Positions 11,891 through 26,309 of a stretch of DNA of 64,000 nt are shown here, piece after piece. The DNA is from Octopus vulgaris. Lineage: Eukaryota. Where the stretch lies: the NCBI GenBank assembly GCA_951406725.2, contig OX597831.1, forward strand, positions 49,166,001-49,230,000, in the 5' to 3' direction. Both the position numbers and the translations under genes were made by a program. The notes below the pieces were generated by a model, which saw only the letters and a list, made by a program, of their open reading frames with translations, ran no database searches and was not told the origin of the DNA. Position 1 is the stretch's first letter. Every line of letters starts with the position of its first letter.

Positions 11891-12597
11891 GTTTTTTTGG
11901 CATTCACTAATCTGATATAAACGATATTTGCATTGTATCTTCACTGATATTGCCTCTAATATTATCTTGAAATATTAATTTTTCAGCAAATTACATTATA
12001 TTTATTATATCTCAACTACTACAACTCATTATTTCTAATTCAATGGTTGCGTAAATTAATGGTTTAACTTCTTGAAATATTATAAAATTTAGAAATTATA
12101 GCCTTGTTTAATACAACAGTAACGGCAAACAAACAAGGGAGATAATTCCAGTTTTATTTGTAAGTTTACTGATAAAAATATTTACTGTAATACATTTACT
12201 ACTACAAAACGAGTCAACGAAAAAGTCATTACAAGGTCGCTAGACAAGCTAGATATAACAACCAAATCTTCCTGACAAGTTGTGGTGCACCTGAGCACTG
12301 TATACAATAATTTCATTATTATTTCATATACACAATGATTTTTTTTTCTTTTTAGAAAAATAAAGACATTTGGTAATATAATTTTAGACACAGATATAAC
12401 TAGGTTTTGTCAAGTATGGAATATTTTTCATCATAGTCCTGATTGACTTGATAGGTCAATAACTATCAGAAAATTGATGAAAGCATAGAGAAAAAGAGAA
12501 ATGATAAGGGGAGAGATGGCAACAGAAGGGTGGGTGGGGTAGAAAGCAGAGTTAGAAAGGGATTTTGGTATGCCATGTTATAATTCATAATTTAAAC

Positions 12598-12832
12598 CAC
12601 TGGGTCTTAACTGGGGTCCATACAAGTTTTGTTGTTAAAATTTATGAGCAAGAAACTGGTTATATTTCTATAATACATAACATATATATTTTTTTATACA
12701 ATTCCTAATAATATTTAATCATAAAAATATAGTAGGAATTTTTATACATCGAATGACTATGACAGTCCCTGCTTCCTGAGTAAAATAAGAATCAACAGGG
12801 ACCATAAGCAAAAAATTGGTTGATAATCACCG
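12598..12832. mobile_element. hAT-type MITE with 8-bp TSD ATTTAAAC (also at 27181-27414 and 41292-~41526; an 18-bp remnant at 12-29)
   Basis: Degenerate TIRs CACTGGGTCTTAAC / GTTGATAATCACCG (CAGTGGTTCTCAAC-like), flanked by atttaaac at 12590-12597 and 12833-12840. Confidence 0.75.
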
Positions 12833-13688
12833 ATTTAAACTGAATCAGTGAAGTTAATAGGCAGAGCAGCATGGTGTAGTGGACGTGTACTGAGCCCATA
12901 ACTTATAGGTTACTAGCTTAAAAGCCACACTCCGGTAGGACATTTAAACTAACCACTGCAGAGAGCTAATTGGGCCTGTGGCTCAAAACTAAAGAGAGCT
13001 AAATAACATGATTATAATACATCTATAGGCGAGCTGCCAGAATCGTTAGCACACCATACGAAATGCTTAGCGGCATTTCGTCTGCCGGTGGATTTTGATT
13101 TCGAATTCTGCCAAGGTTGACTTTGCCTTTCATCCTTTCAGGGTCAATTAAATAAGTACCAGTGATGCACTGGAGTTGATGTAATCGACTTAAACCCTTT
13201 GTCTGTCCGTGTTTGTCCCCTCTAGCTTTAGCCCCCTGTGGGCAATAAAGGAATAATAATACATCTATAATGACTATATGCCCTGGTGGTGTTTGATCAG
13301 AGGTTAAGGATGGACGAGAATTAATTCTGTAATGTAGTCATTCTATTGTTCCAGTCCCAAGTTGAATTCCAACTGTTGGCTGATTCATCCCAAAGTTCTT
13401 ATCTCAACGTATAATTTACTAAGAAAATGTCATTTATTTGCCCCTTGATCTCTGATGTCATCTGAATCAGCCAAGCTTTACCTGCTAGAAATAGCAACCC
13501 AAATGCTTTTAAATCAGATTCCAATTCTGTATGTTCAAGAACCAAATGAAGGAAAGATTTTCCATCCCGGGATCATCCTGATTCCATAAAGGCATAATAT
13601 GTCTATGAAGAGCAAATGAAGCAAATGAAGCTGAGTCACTTATGTTTATGTAATGTTTGTGCATGTATTATGTGTTTGTGTACATGTA

Positions 13689-14253
13689 TTGGGTTGTCCG
13701 GAAAGTTTGTGCCGATATATAGTAGCTTACCTTTCGACTTATTTTAGAACATGGTTGAGTCAATAAAACAGGATTTGACTACACCTCCATTTAGAGCACA
13801 GTTTAAGCATCTTTTCGTGGACGATGGTTTATGTTCCTATAACCTGTGTTAATTTTGTAATCCTTTAAAATGGAAGATAACAAAGTCCATTTTCGGCACT
13901 TGATACTTTGGGAACCAGACAAAAATTGCTGCAGCTCGGTTGGGATGTGTTACCCCACCCTCCATATTCACCAGATATTGCTCCTTCAGATTTCCACTTA
14001 TTCAGGTCTCTGCATAATAGTCTTAATGATAAAAATTTCAATTCCTTGGATGACGTAAAAAGATACCTTGATGAATTCTTTGCCATGAAACCACCTCAGT
14101 TCTGGGAAGAGGGTATTTTCAAGTTAAAGGAAATATGGAGACGCATTGTGCAACAAAATGGTTCATATTTGGTTGATTAAAAATGTAATGGCAAGTATTT
14201 ATTGACCTTTTTCTTTCCTTTAAAAATTGGCACAAACTTTCCGGACAGCCCAA
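13689..14253 (+). mobile_element. Internally deleted mariner, unit 2 copy
   Basis: Same TIRs, TA flanks and YSPDIAPSD motif. Confidence 0.93.
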
Positions 14254-14490
14254 TATATTTTTGTAAGTACTATGTTTATGCATTTTTGTGCATATATGTG
14301 TTTATGTGTGTATGTATATCTGTGTGTATAAGTATAGATATGCATTTATGTGCATGTATGCATATTAGTGTATGTATGTTTATACACGCATACATATACA
14401 ATACTTACACAAATATACATATATACACACAAACACTTAATACATACACAAAATATAGATAAACATAAGTAATTCAGCTTTTTTTTTTAT

Positions 14491-14724
14491 TCTTTTATTT
14501 GTTTCAGTCATTTGACTGCGGCCATGTTGGGGCACCGCCTTTAGTTGAGCAAATCGACCCCAGGACTTATTCTTTGTAAGCCTAGCACTTATTCTATCAG
14601 TCTCTCTTGCCGAATCGCTAAGTGACGGGGATGTAAACACACCAGCATCGGTTGTCAAGCGATGTTGGGGAGATAAAAACAGACACACACACATACACAT
14701 ATACATACATACATACATACATAC

Positions 14725-14793
<69 letters not shown>

Positions 14794-14953
14794 GATGGGC
14801 TTCTTTCAGTTTCCATCTACCAAATCCACTCACAAGGCATTGGTTGGCCTGTGGCTAGAGTAGAAGACACCTGCCCAAGGTGTCAGGCAGTGGAACTGAA
14901 CCCAGAACTATGTGGTTGGTAAGCAAGCTACTTACCACACAGCCACTCCTGTG
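14491..14953 (-). mobile_element. Same SINE, unit 2 (unit 3 copy at ~29073-29580)
   Basis: Paralogous position in the duplication. Confidence 0.85.
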
Positions 14954-16036
14954 CTGAAAAGTAAAATTGAAGAAATAATTTTTTTCTTTGCTGCTTATTT
15001 TAACCAAAAGATTGCCAATTATTTTACTCATTGCATTACTGTGATGAATCCATTTATATAATAATGGTGCTTTTTAGTAATGCAATATCCAGAGGAGATT
15101 GATATTTGAACACACAACAGACTGAGAACACATGATATTGTCAATATTTTTCTTTCTATTCCTGTCATTTCTCAATCTTTTGTAATACAAATCTCTTAAC
15201 ATTTACACCCATATAAACACTTCATTTCTTCTGACACAATATCAAACAATGTTGGATACAGGCAGTGGCTGTATCGTTATTAAACTGAATTTCTAATATT
15301 TGTCTCTAACTCAGTAATACCAGAGTAGTTAAGTGAGAGGAGAATTTGAATAATGTTCTATTATTTCAACTGTATATAGAGTTTATACCTTTTGTAATGG
15401 AGAACAAAGGTTAAGTAATCCTGATATCATCCCTAACATTTGCAAACACTATTAAAGTTAGTTAGCTCCTTGAATCATACCAACTCAATCGGGCCGGTTT
15501 CCTGATTTCATGGTGTACATATTCCCCACCTGGATGGGATGCTGGTCTGTCGCAAGGTTACTCATTTTTGCCTTATATACATAGCAATGTGAAATAAAGT
15601 GTTTTACTCAGTTTAATAAAATTATAACCGTAAGAACACAAAATGTCGTCCAGTCCAGGAATCAAAACCAGTACCTTATGATCAAGAGTCCAATACCCAA
15701 AACATTAAGCCATGGGCCTCTACAATTGCAAACACTGTCAATGAAACTATGACTTACCTGAGAAATAAGGTAACAACAGTAACATTGACAGCTGAATTTA
15801 CCATTAATTTTGTTTATGTATATAAAATATTACTTCTAAAACAGCTTTTAAAATTTAGTTACCCAATATGTGCAGGTGTGGCTGTATGGTAAGAAGTTAG
15901 GTAGGCCTTGTGTCTCAAAACAATCTTTAGGTTCTGTGCACATGTTTGGCCTATTTTATAAAAATCTGCCTAAACTTATGTCTCACTGCAATGAACTATT
16001 AATAGCTCTTATGGTAATACAGTAGACACACACATA

Positions 16037-16237
16037 CTAACCCTAAAACCTTAACTGTAACCCTCACCCTGAAACCCTAACCCTGACCCTAAAATCCTAA
16101 CCCTAAAAATCTAACCCTAAAACCCAAACCCTAACCCTAGCCCTAACCCTAAAACTATAAACCTAAAACCCTAACCCTAAAACTCTAACCCTAACTCTAA
16201 CCCTAACCCTAAAGCCCTAACCCTAACCTTAACCCCA
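16037..16237 (-). repeat. Degenerate interstitial telomere-like (TTAGGG)n tract (shorter equivalent at ~3409-3455)
   Basis: Runs of taaccc/ctaaccctaa on the + strand. Confidence 0.85.
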
Positions 16238-17641
16238 AGTAGAAAAATTTTTGGAAATTTTTTTCAGAATCATAACCTTCATATTTTTCTGCATAATTCG
16301 ACAAAAAAAATTGTGAGAAATTTTTTTGCAGATTCGTATTCTCTGCAGCCGAAAATGGGGGTTGTGTAGTAATAAAAAAAAAAAATAAATAAATAAAAAG
16401 GAGGTGTTTTTTGGGTGGGGGGTACAAAATTAGATCAGTCATTATGTAACTTTTTCTTGATTTTTAATACCTGTGATTATGTTTTTTCTAGATTCAACAT
16501 TATCACATAATGTAATTTGCATATTTGAAATGTAACATATTTTTTCCCAACTTAGAAACAAGGTTTGGTCGATTTGATGCCATTTAACAAGAGCCATGAA
16601 GATTTCTCACAGCTTACCCTCAACTGTCCTAGACTACCTATTCTTTGGTCATCCATCTTTCATTTTACAGTTAGTATCCATCTTAATGCTTATTTTGGTA
16701 TCTTGTCCAGATTCCTTCTGAGCGAGTACCTCAGCCATTTAACCGGCCAGCGGCTTATTTCAAGGAGCACGTTAATGCAACCACTTTCGCTATACAGTTT
16801 CTCGTTTAAGACTTTGTTTGGTCAAACAAGAACAGACAAAGAGATTAAGTCGATTGCATCGACCTCAGTGCATAACTGGTACTTAATTTATCGACCCCGG
16901 AAGGATGAAAGGTAATGTCGACCTCGGAGGAATTTGAACTCAGAACGTAACAGAAGACGAAATATCACTAACATTTCTGCCAGCTCGCCGCCTTGCGGTT
17001 ACTCATTGAGGCTACTCATGTTTACTTTTAGCATTCATCTGCATTTTGAACCATACATTACGACAGATTTTACTTGTTTGTTACATTGTCCAATCTTAGT
17101 CCTAATACTATGTTACACTGACTTCCTGATCGACTGAAGCCTTACAAATGCCCAACAAACTTTGACAAGCCGCAATCTCATGGCCTGTTTCGTCTCGTTC
17201 ACTGCACTTCAGTTGTTCAAAATATTTAAAGTCCTTCTTATAGTCTAGTGGCTTACCGTTGGGAGTGATCAGTGTAAGGTAGCTGGAGTGAGATATGATT
17301 TTAAGATTTGCCTGTTTTGCATAATTGCTCTATGTTGGTGAAAGCCTCTAAAAAGCAATTGCAAATACAAAGTCCTCTTGTGCCCAGAACTAAGGTACAA
17401 ATAGGCTCTCTTTTACTCTTTTACTTGTTTCAGTCATTTGACTGTGGCCATGCTGGAGCACCGCCCTTAGTTGAGCAAATCGACTCCAAGACTTATTCTT
17501 TGTAAGCCTAGTACTTATTCTATCGGTTTTTGCTGAACCACTAAGTTATGGAGATGTAAACACACCAGCATTGGTTGTCAAGCGATGTTGGCGGGACAAA
17601 CACAGACACAAAAACACACACACACACACACACATATATAT

Positions 17642-19604
17642 ACTTTCTCACACACCTATCTTCATCCATTCTCGCCACATGACCATACCAGCGCAATCGT
17701 CTCTCTTGCACACAACAACTGATGCTTCTTAGGTACAACATTTCTCTCAAGGTACTAACGCTCTGTCGAGTAAGTACACTGACATTACACATCCATCGGA
17801 GCATACTGGCTTCGTTCCTCACGAGCTTACGCATGTCCTCAGCAGTCACGGCCCATGTTTCACTGCCATGTAGCATAGCTGTTCGTACACATGCATCATA
17901 CAGTCTGCCTTTTACTCTGAGCGAGAGGCCTTTAGTCACCAGCAGAGGTAAGAGCTCCCTAAACTTTGCCCAGGCTATTCTTATTCTAGCAGTTACACTT
18001 TCAGCGCACCCACCCCCACTACTGAAGTGGTCACCTAGATAGCGGAAGCTATCAACTACTTCTAGTTTTTCCCCCCGGAAAGTGACAGAAGTTGTTTTCT
18101 GCAGATTTTCGGAGGTCAATGCTCCAGAGCACCTGCCACATACAAAAACTATCTTCCCAGTTAGCCTAAAGGTAGAAAACCCACAAATATCCTCAGGAAG
18201 ATGGCCCTGCTCGATCTGTAGAAAAGGTGTAGGTAGAAACTCTATAAGATGTACCCAGTGTAAGCTATGGACACATAAGAGGTGCAGCAATGTCAAAGGT
18301 AGGCTAACTGGGAAGATAGTTTTTGTATGTGGCAGGTGCTCTGGAGCATTGACCTCCGAAAATCTGCAGAAAACAACTTCTGTCACTTTCCGGGGGAAAA
18401 ACTAGAAGTAGTTGATAGCTTCCGCTATCTAGGTGACCAAGTCAGTAGTGGGGGTGGGTGCGCTGAAAGTGTAACTGCTAGAATAAGAATAGCCTGGGCA
18501 AAGTTTAGGGAGCTCTTACCTCTGCTGGTGACTAAAGGCCTCTCGCTCAGAGTAAAAGGCAGACTGTATGATGCATGTGTACGAACAGCTATGCTACATG
18601 GCAGTGAAACATGGGCCGTGACTGCTGAGGACATGCGTAAGCTCGTGAGGAACGAAGCCAGTATGCTCCGATGGATGTGTAATGTCAGTGTACTTACTCG
18701 ACAGAGCGTTAGTACCTTGAGAGAAATGTTGTACCTAAGAAGCATCAGTTGTTGTGTGCAAGAGAGACGATTGCGCTGGTATGGTCATGTGGCGAGAATG
18801 GATGAAGATAGGTGTGTGAGAAAGTGCCAATCCCTAGCAGTTGAGGGAACCCGTGGAAGAGGTAGACCCAGGAAAACCTGGGACGAGGTGGTGAAGCACG
18901 ACCTTCGGACGTTAGGTCTCACCATGGAAATGACTAGAGACCGAGACCTATGGAAGTATGCTGTGCGTGAGAAGACCCGGCAAGACTAGTGAAGCCATAA
19001 TCCGTGGCCCCTACCTGGGACGTAGTCAGTCCACCTGTGCATACCTTCCTTCTTGTGACACTTGTGAAGACCTGTTGAGGCAAGTGAGAATCGAATCGTA
19101 TCGAATCAAATCGAACCAAATCAAAATAGATGAACATCAATGGAATTTGTATCCTTGTGGTACCAGTGCCGGTGGCACATAAGAAAACCATCCGAACGTG
19201 ACCGTAGCTAGTACCGCAATGACTGGCCTCCGTGCTGAGGGCACGTAACAAACACCATCCGAGCGTGGCCGTCCGCCAGCCTCGTCTGGCACCTGTGTCG
19301 GTGACACATAAGAAAACACCATCCGAGCGTGGCCGTCTGCCAGCCTCGTCTGGCACCTGTGTCGGTGGCACATAAAAAAACACCATCCGAGCGTGGCCGT
19401 CTGCCAGCCTCGTCTGGCACCTGTGTCGGTGGCACATAAAATCACCCACTACACTCTCGGAGTGGTTGGCGTTAGGAAGGGCATCCAGCTGTAGAAACAC
19501 TGCCACATCTGACTGGCCTGGTGCAGCCTTCGGGCTTCCCAGACCCCAGTTGAACCGTCCAACCCATGCTAGCATGGAAAGCGGACGTTAAACGATGATG
19601 ATGA
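17642..19604 (+). mobile_element. 5'-truncated RTE-clade LINE with inverted duplication at its 5' end (unit 2 only)
   Basis: ORF2 C-terminus LEVVDSFRYLG...LHGSETW...RRLRWYGHVARM...RGRGRPRKTW...DRDLWK, stop at 18989, 3' UTR ending in (GAT)n. Absent at the equivalent site in unit 1 (~4966). Confidence 0.92.
19251..19441 (+). repeat. 3 x 64-bp tandem repeat in the RTE 3' UTR
   Basis: aacaccatccgagcgtggccgtc...gcacataa starts at 19251, 19315 and 19379. Confidence 0.9.
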
Positions 19605-19877
19605 CAACAGGATAGGAACCAAAAGAAGGAACCAAAAAGGATCAAAAAGCAAGCAAAAAATTATCTGTGGAAGAAAAGCAAAAATTAACTCAGTTTTAAT
19701 TTTAATTGTAACTGAGTAACTAAAGGAAAAATAACACCGTGTAACAAAATATTTACTTTTTTTCTTTAGTAATTTATTTTCTATTTGACACCAATGTTTT
19801 GAAACTGACCTATTTTCCATTACATTTCAGACAGATCCAGTGCTGAATTGCTGAAGCAGAAATGTAATTATACCTAA

Positions 19878-20263
19878 CTAGCAGTATCGCCCGGCGTTGC
19901 TCGGGTTTGTAAGGGAAATAACTATATAAGCATTTTTAGAGAGTTATAGTAAAAAAATAGCAAAAAAATGCATTAAAAATGGAAAAAAAATGATGGTAAA
20001 TTTTTTTAAAAATCGTTGACATTTTTAGAGAGTTACTTCCCTTATATAATAGCGAAAAATGCATTAAAATAGAAAACAATGATGGTAAATTTTTTTTTAA
20101 ATCGTAGACTCATCGTAGACGCGTGCTAATACCCAGAAGTGCTCGATATGAAACACGACTATAAGATACCCGGTTTTGGTTAAACTGCACCGCAAAATGT
20201 GGGAGTAGTTAGGAATCTAAATCGTAGGAGACAGACACACAACTTGACTTTTATATATAAAGA
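19878..20263 (-). mobile_element. Non-autonomous Helitron, unit 2 copy
   Basis: Same termini and insertion site as 5242-5618. Confidence 0.85.
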
Positions 20264-20816
20264 TATTCTGCTGAATACTACAGATTTGCTTGTCAGTTGA
20301 TTGACCTTAATCGCTTGAGCACGTCCCTTAGGGGCTGACAATAGGTGCATCTCTGATCACGAGCAGGAGTTGTGGGGTAGCATCATAGCCATGTGTTGAG
20401 ACGAATTTTTGGCGGCTTTAATAAATGTAATAAAAGCAGAGTTTAGAAGAAATATTTGCTATTTTTCATACTTTCTAGGGGGTAAGTAAATAGGAAATTA
20501 CAGTTGATACCTAAGGATAAAAATTGTGTGACACTGTAATCATTAAAAAAATTCAAGAAGTTTCGTGAGCAGTTAAAAAGAAGTAATATAAAAAAAATAT
20601 CTTGTGTTTTAGGAGAATAATTAAACCAATAATAATAAAGACACAAGATTTGTTTCAGTACACGAATTCGCATCAAGAATCTTGCAACCCAGGTAGAGAA
20701 ACGAAGTAATTCAGATATTTACGATTTTTATCTTCCTTGAATCATTTAAAGTCTAAGGGAGATAACCTCAAGCATTCTGGAGTTTTGCTGAGTCGCCAAG
20801 TTACGAGGTAAATAAA

Positions 20817-20889
<73 letters not shown>

Positions 20890-23462
20890 ACACACAGAGA
20901 CACACACACACACGCACGCACACACAACTCAATTGAAGAATTAGACTTTACTTTTATATTTTCACTAATGAACTGGAATACTTGATTCGAATTTCATCAA
21001 AATTGGAGATTAAGAATTTTAATGAGGGTTCTTTCCTGGTTTACACATCCTAACAAAAATTCTAATCATGACATATTTATCCCATACTACTCATCTTTAT
21101 GTACAGATTCCAAAATCCAAATCTTATAAAACCCATTCAAAGGTTTTTGCCCCTGAAAAATGGAGCACATGGAGCACATGAAGCTCTAAAATGTGTGAGT
21201 TAAGGCCTCTATTAAGGGGTCCTTAAAGTCAACTAGAGAAGTTGAATTGTTGAGAATCTTTTTTAACTTGTGTTTATATCTATTGCTCAAATTTCTTTGA
21301 AATCGGAAATATTGTTCACTGGGTTTGTGAAAGAGCAAAGCTACGGGAAACCAAAAGACGAATGATCCCCATAAGCAGTCAGCTACCCTACCCTAGTCGT
21401 TACCACTCCCCAATGTAGGATTCCTCACCGTATAGGTGGCCGGCGCAGCCATAAGATGCATTACAGATCTATAGTAATTGGAAGGGCGTGACCCAACTCA
21501 AACTAAACATTAACAACTGTGTGATGTGAGGGCTAAGGGGAAATGAAAGTGTCACCTCTGGGTTTTGCCAATGATCACTATGTCGATAGGTAACTGAACG
21601 GAATAAATTTGCAATCTATAAATCTCTATGAATGACCAATCACTTATCTGGAAAGCCTTTGAAAACAATGTTACTATCTGAGGACTATCTCTGACTCAGT
21701 GATAAAAAAAAAAAAAAAACTCAAAGGAGGCTTGCAACCAAATAACTTTACTCAAAATAACACTTTGCAACTGAATCAGTGGAGGCAAAGATGCCTCCCC
21801 TTTACTTGACAATTTATGCACCACATTGCAGAGATCACAATCTAAGTATATCTCAAAGCAAACTCTCTCACTGTTGTACTATTGAATTACAAATAACACT
21901 CATCTTGTATCCTCGGGTTACTCTACAGCTTCCAAGAGTGCAATTGTATTAATCTTATCTTAGGAAAAAACGACTAAATTTTTAGGGTTAAACCCTCATT
22001 ACTGACTTCTAAACATGAGACAATGGCCCTAGCCCGAGAGATAACCTCTCCCATTGACATAGAGTGAATGTTCGGCAGCTTTTGCAGCTCGACCGACACA
22101 TGGCCAGGAAATCCAGTCACAAAGGCTAATTTTACGGATTGTTTTAACGTGCCATCTCTATATCTCACGAGTATAGGCAATCTCCTGATTTCGTTGGCAA
22201 ACACATCGACCTGTTCGCCCCTCCACTTTGTTTTCCCCAGTCGACCATATGCCATAAATGGTCCTTCTGTGAAAACCTCCATCAGACGGCCTTCTATTTT
22301 TTCTGCGCTCAACTGGCACTTCCCTTCCATTTTCAGGTGTAGCGCCAACGCCTATCCATCGTGGTACAACGGTATAAAACTCGCTAGATCATCTGTATCT
22401 TGGAGTCTTGCCACCAACTTAATATTTTGCAGTCAAGAGGTAATATCTCCCCCACACAAAATGGCCTAAATGTCTCATTCGAAACACGGACCAAACCAAT
22501 CACTTTTTTTTTCTCCTTTGAGCCGAAATAGCTTGTGTTGTAAAGGAAGAAAAAAGTCAGAAGCGAAAAGAGAATTACCGTAGTCTTACCTGTCGGTCCG
22601 GAGAAAGGGTCACTTTCAACATCCTCGTCTTGTCACGAACTCCAATGTTCACTCCACGTCCTTGTGTGCTATCCGTTACTCTACCGTCTCACACGTCCAC
22701 TCTGATGTGCTGTTCGCCGTCGACTGACTCTCGTGCTTCACTGAATGCCGCATATCCACCACGGAACTTCCAGTGGTTTCCACAGACCTCACTTCCGACA
22801 GGGCATGCCTACTCCCTCACCTCCGATCCTTCCCTACAACACAGCAAGGCTCATAACACCACATTATTGTTGCTTATATCCCACCAATAGACCGCGCGTG
22901 TTTAATGAGAGAAAAATATTGAAAAAAACATCAATAAATGTGAGAGTGTAAACGAGGATGGTGGTCTTGGGATATGCTAAAAACAACAGCCAAATCTCAC
23001 TTAAATCGCAGACCTTTTCCTCTGAAAATACTTATCTTGTATATTTATAATAAAAAAATGGGACAAGAACACAAAACATCCAGTTAAGTGATACAAAAAA
23101 AGGGACAACAAAACATCCAGAGAGACGATACAAAGAAAACAAGGACGGGTCATTCAGAGTCTTCTTTCCTCAGTCGAGTTCCAGATTATGTTTGCAATTT
23201 CGGCTGGATATACTCGAGATTGCTCCAATCTGGCCAGCCCCAAGGAAAAACGAAGCTAAGAGGACTAGATTCATACATATATATGAACCTAACAGGCTCC
23301 TTTCAAATTCTTGAAGAGCCAAAATCGGTCAGGATTGGAATGGTGAGGAGTGAAAGAATTACATTTCACAAGAAGAGATGCTTCTTTACATTTCAACGAC
23401 TGTATTGAAATTTATAAAAAGTGAGGCGGAAAAATTCCGATAGTCTATTCTTCGATTATACA

Positions 23463-23626
23463 ACGGGGTGAGCGCGAACGCAGACCCCACACTTAGAAAT
23501 AGCGCACCCGAGTCGCCCACATTTGGGGCGATCGCAAAGGTCAACCCAACCGGAGTGCAATGGAAGGGCCTCACTTTGGGAGAACCACCTAGATGATCAT
23601 GGTTTACTCCTGTGCCAGGTAAGTAT
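23463..23626 (-). ncRNA. RNU1: U1 snRNA gene, type A flank, unit 2
   Basis: Same 164-nt U1 sequence. Confidence 0.97.
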
Positions 23627-26309
23627 GTTTTTTAGGCGTTCACTAATCTCATATAAACGATATTTGCATTGTAACTTCACTGATATTGCCTCTAATATTA
23701 CCTTGAAATATTAATTTCTCAGCAAATTTCATTATATATATTATAACTCAACTACTACAACTCATTATTTCTAATTCAATGGTTTAGTAAGATAATGCTT
23801 TAATTTCTTGAAATATTATAAAATTTAGAAATTATAGTCTTGTTTAATCCAACAGTAACGGCAAATGAACAAGGGAGACAATTCCAGTTTTATTTGTAAG
23901 TTTACCGATAAAGATATTTATTGTAATACATTTACTACACAAAACGAACCAACAAAAGAGCATCTTACATGATCGTTAGGCATGCTAGATATAACAACGA
24001 AATCTTCCTCAAATTACACACAATGATTTCTATTTCTTTTACAAAGATGAAAACAAACCAACGCCGGTTGTCAAGCGTTAGTGGGTGAGAAATACAGCAT
24101 TCACACACACACACACATACACACGCGCTCGCGCACGCTTTGTGGGTGTATTGTGTTTGTGTGTGTGTATATTTGTATAAGTACTATGTTTATGCATTCT
24201 TTGTACATTTATGTATGTGTGTAAGAACTGTTTATGTATGTGTGTGTAAATACTGTTTATGTATTATGTGTTTGCGTGTATGTATATTTATATGTAAGTA
24301 ATATAGTGTTTATGTGTGTGTATTTGTGCATGTATGTATATACACACATGTACAATATATACACCCGACGATGTGTGAACAAGATGGTTTTTACCTCGAT
24401 TTCTCTCCCTACGAAGATATTCAGACAAGTTTACAGACGAACACGAAAATCACAGACAGACAGACAGACAGACAGATAGATATGTTTCTTTATTAGCCAC
24501 ACAGGGCTGCACACAGACAGGACAGATTACAAAGTAGAGCTTTTCTTTTTTTTGGGGAAAAAAAAAGAAGTGGGGTAGGTTTTCGATCAAAAGGGATCGT
24601 AAAAGGGAAAGAAGAAAAAAAAAAACAAAAAAGGAAAAGAAAACAAATGAAAAGAAAAAGAAAAAGGGAAAAAACCGATCAATAGGGATCGTGTATCACA
24701 GTGTCATAATGTAAAGTGTAAAGGGGGAAGCTGATAAGGTTTATCCGTGAGAAGAAAAGCCTACGGAAAAGACCATATTGTTACATGTTACCACATTTGT
24801 TTGCAAGTGAGTAACCCTCTGTTTTAAATTTCCGGGTCAATAGGATTATGCTCAAGGTGGTTTCGTCATTCATACATGCCATCCTTGCTACATTCACCCA
24901 TCTTTTTTAAAACATTTGCTAGACAAAACTTGCCTGTCTACTCTCACTTTCCTTTTCAAGTGATACTTGAAGAAGTTGATGAGAGATTGACCAGAGAGGA
25001 AAGTGTTTGTCTTCAATCCTTTCAGACGCGGATTGGAGACAAACACTTTCCTCTCTGGTCAATCTCTCATCAACTTTTTCACGTATCACTTGAAAAGGAA
25101 AGTGAGAGTAGAGAGGCAAGTTTTGTCTAGCGAATGCTTTAAAAAAGGCAGATAGGTACAGATACATAGCATTTATTACTGTGGAGAAAGTAAGTTATAA
25201 ATATTTAACAGAGAAGAATGAATATTCATTCGTAATTTTTTTTTTTTTAAGAAAAATTTCATGAAACGAAAAGTTTCAATTTTCTTCCATTTTAGATAGC
25301 GTTGAAAAATGTGTGTGCACGCGTGCTTATACACACATACGTCCATACATACACAGATGTAAGTAGAGAGCGAGAGAGAAAGGGAGTTGCAACACAAACT
25401 GGAAATTATGTGATCGAGAGAGACAAATATATGAGTGTGACGCGCTTCTTTAAGCTCCCTCTACCAAATCCAGTCATAAGGCTTTGGTCAGCCCGGGGCT
25501 ATACTAGAAAACACTCGCCCAAGGTACCACGCAGTGGCCGAATGTGTGTTAGTATTCGAAAATCACTAGTACATGGAAATCATTGCTGAAAACAAAATTC
25601 TCTTCATCCTTTCCGTATTTAGTCATTGGTCTGCGGCCATGCTGGAGCACTGAATTAAAGATTTTAGTCGAACAAATCAACGCCAGTACCTACCACCACC
25701 GGTTGTCAGGCGGTGTTTGTAGATAAACACAATTTCCGTCCAGTAAATGTTCTCAACCTTGGTAATGTTTGATTGCCCGGGGCTATGTTAGAAGCCCTAG
25801 GTGCACATAGTGGGACTGAACTCGGTTTGGGAAGCAAACTTGAATAAATATTTCGTTTCTGTAAAGTGTCGAGAAATCAGCTGGCTTAAAAATTCTGAGT
25901 AATGAGACTTATACCGAAAGATTACTAACGAGACCGTTTGGGAAGACGTGAAAACACGAAATCAATCTCGGTGCAAAACAATATTTAGTTAGTTTTGTAC
26001 AGTGAGTGGTTCTCGAGATCATGGGGCGGGGTGCGATCTGTGAACGTCGAAATTCTGTAGCACAAAGTCATGATTAGAAGTGCAGATGGATAAAACACAA
26101 ACTTCGCTACTGATGTGGCATGTGGCTGGGATTAGCACTTATCAGTACGACAACCAGAAGCGATAACGAACATGTGAGTGTAGTAGGGGTATTTAAGTGA
26201 GGGCAAAAAAGTTTCTACTCTTTGAATTACGGGTGAGAGAGACTGAAAAAAGACATTTAACTGAAAGATGAGAAAATTTCCTCATTTACGTCTATTTTTG
26301 ATTGATATG

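Noticed and set aside
17541-18386. 281-aa ORF, the longest in the window
   Set aside because: Chimeric read through the fold-back of a truncated RTE; lacks the endonuclease and RT core.
19251-19441. Regular 64-bp repeats resembling a CRISPR array
   Set aside because: No unique spacers, eukaryotic context, part of the LINE 3' UTR.
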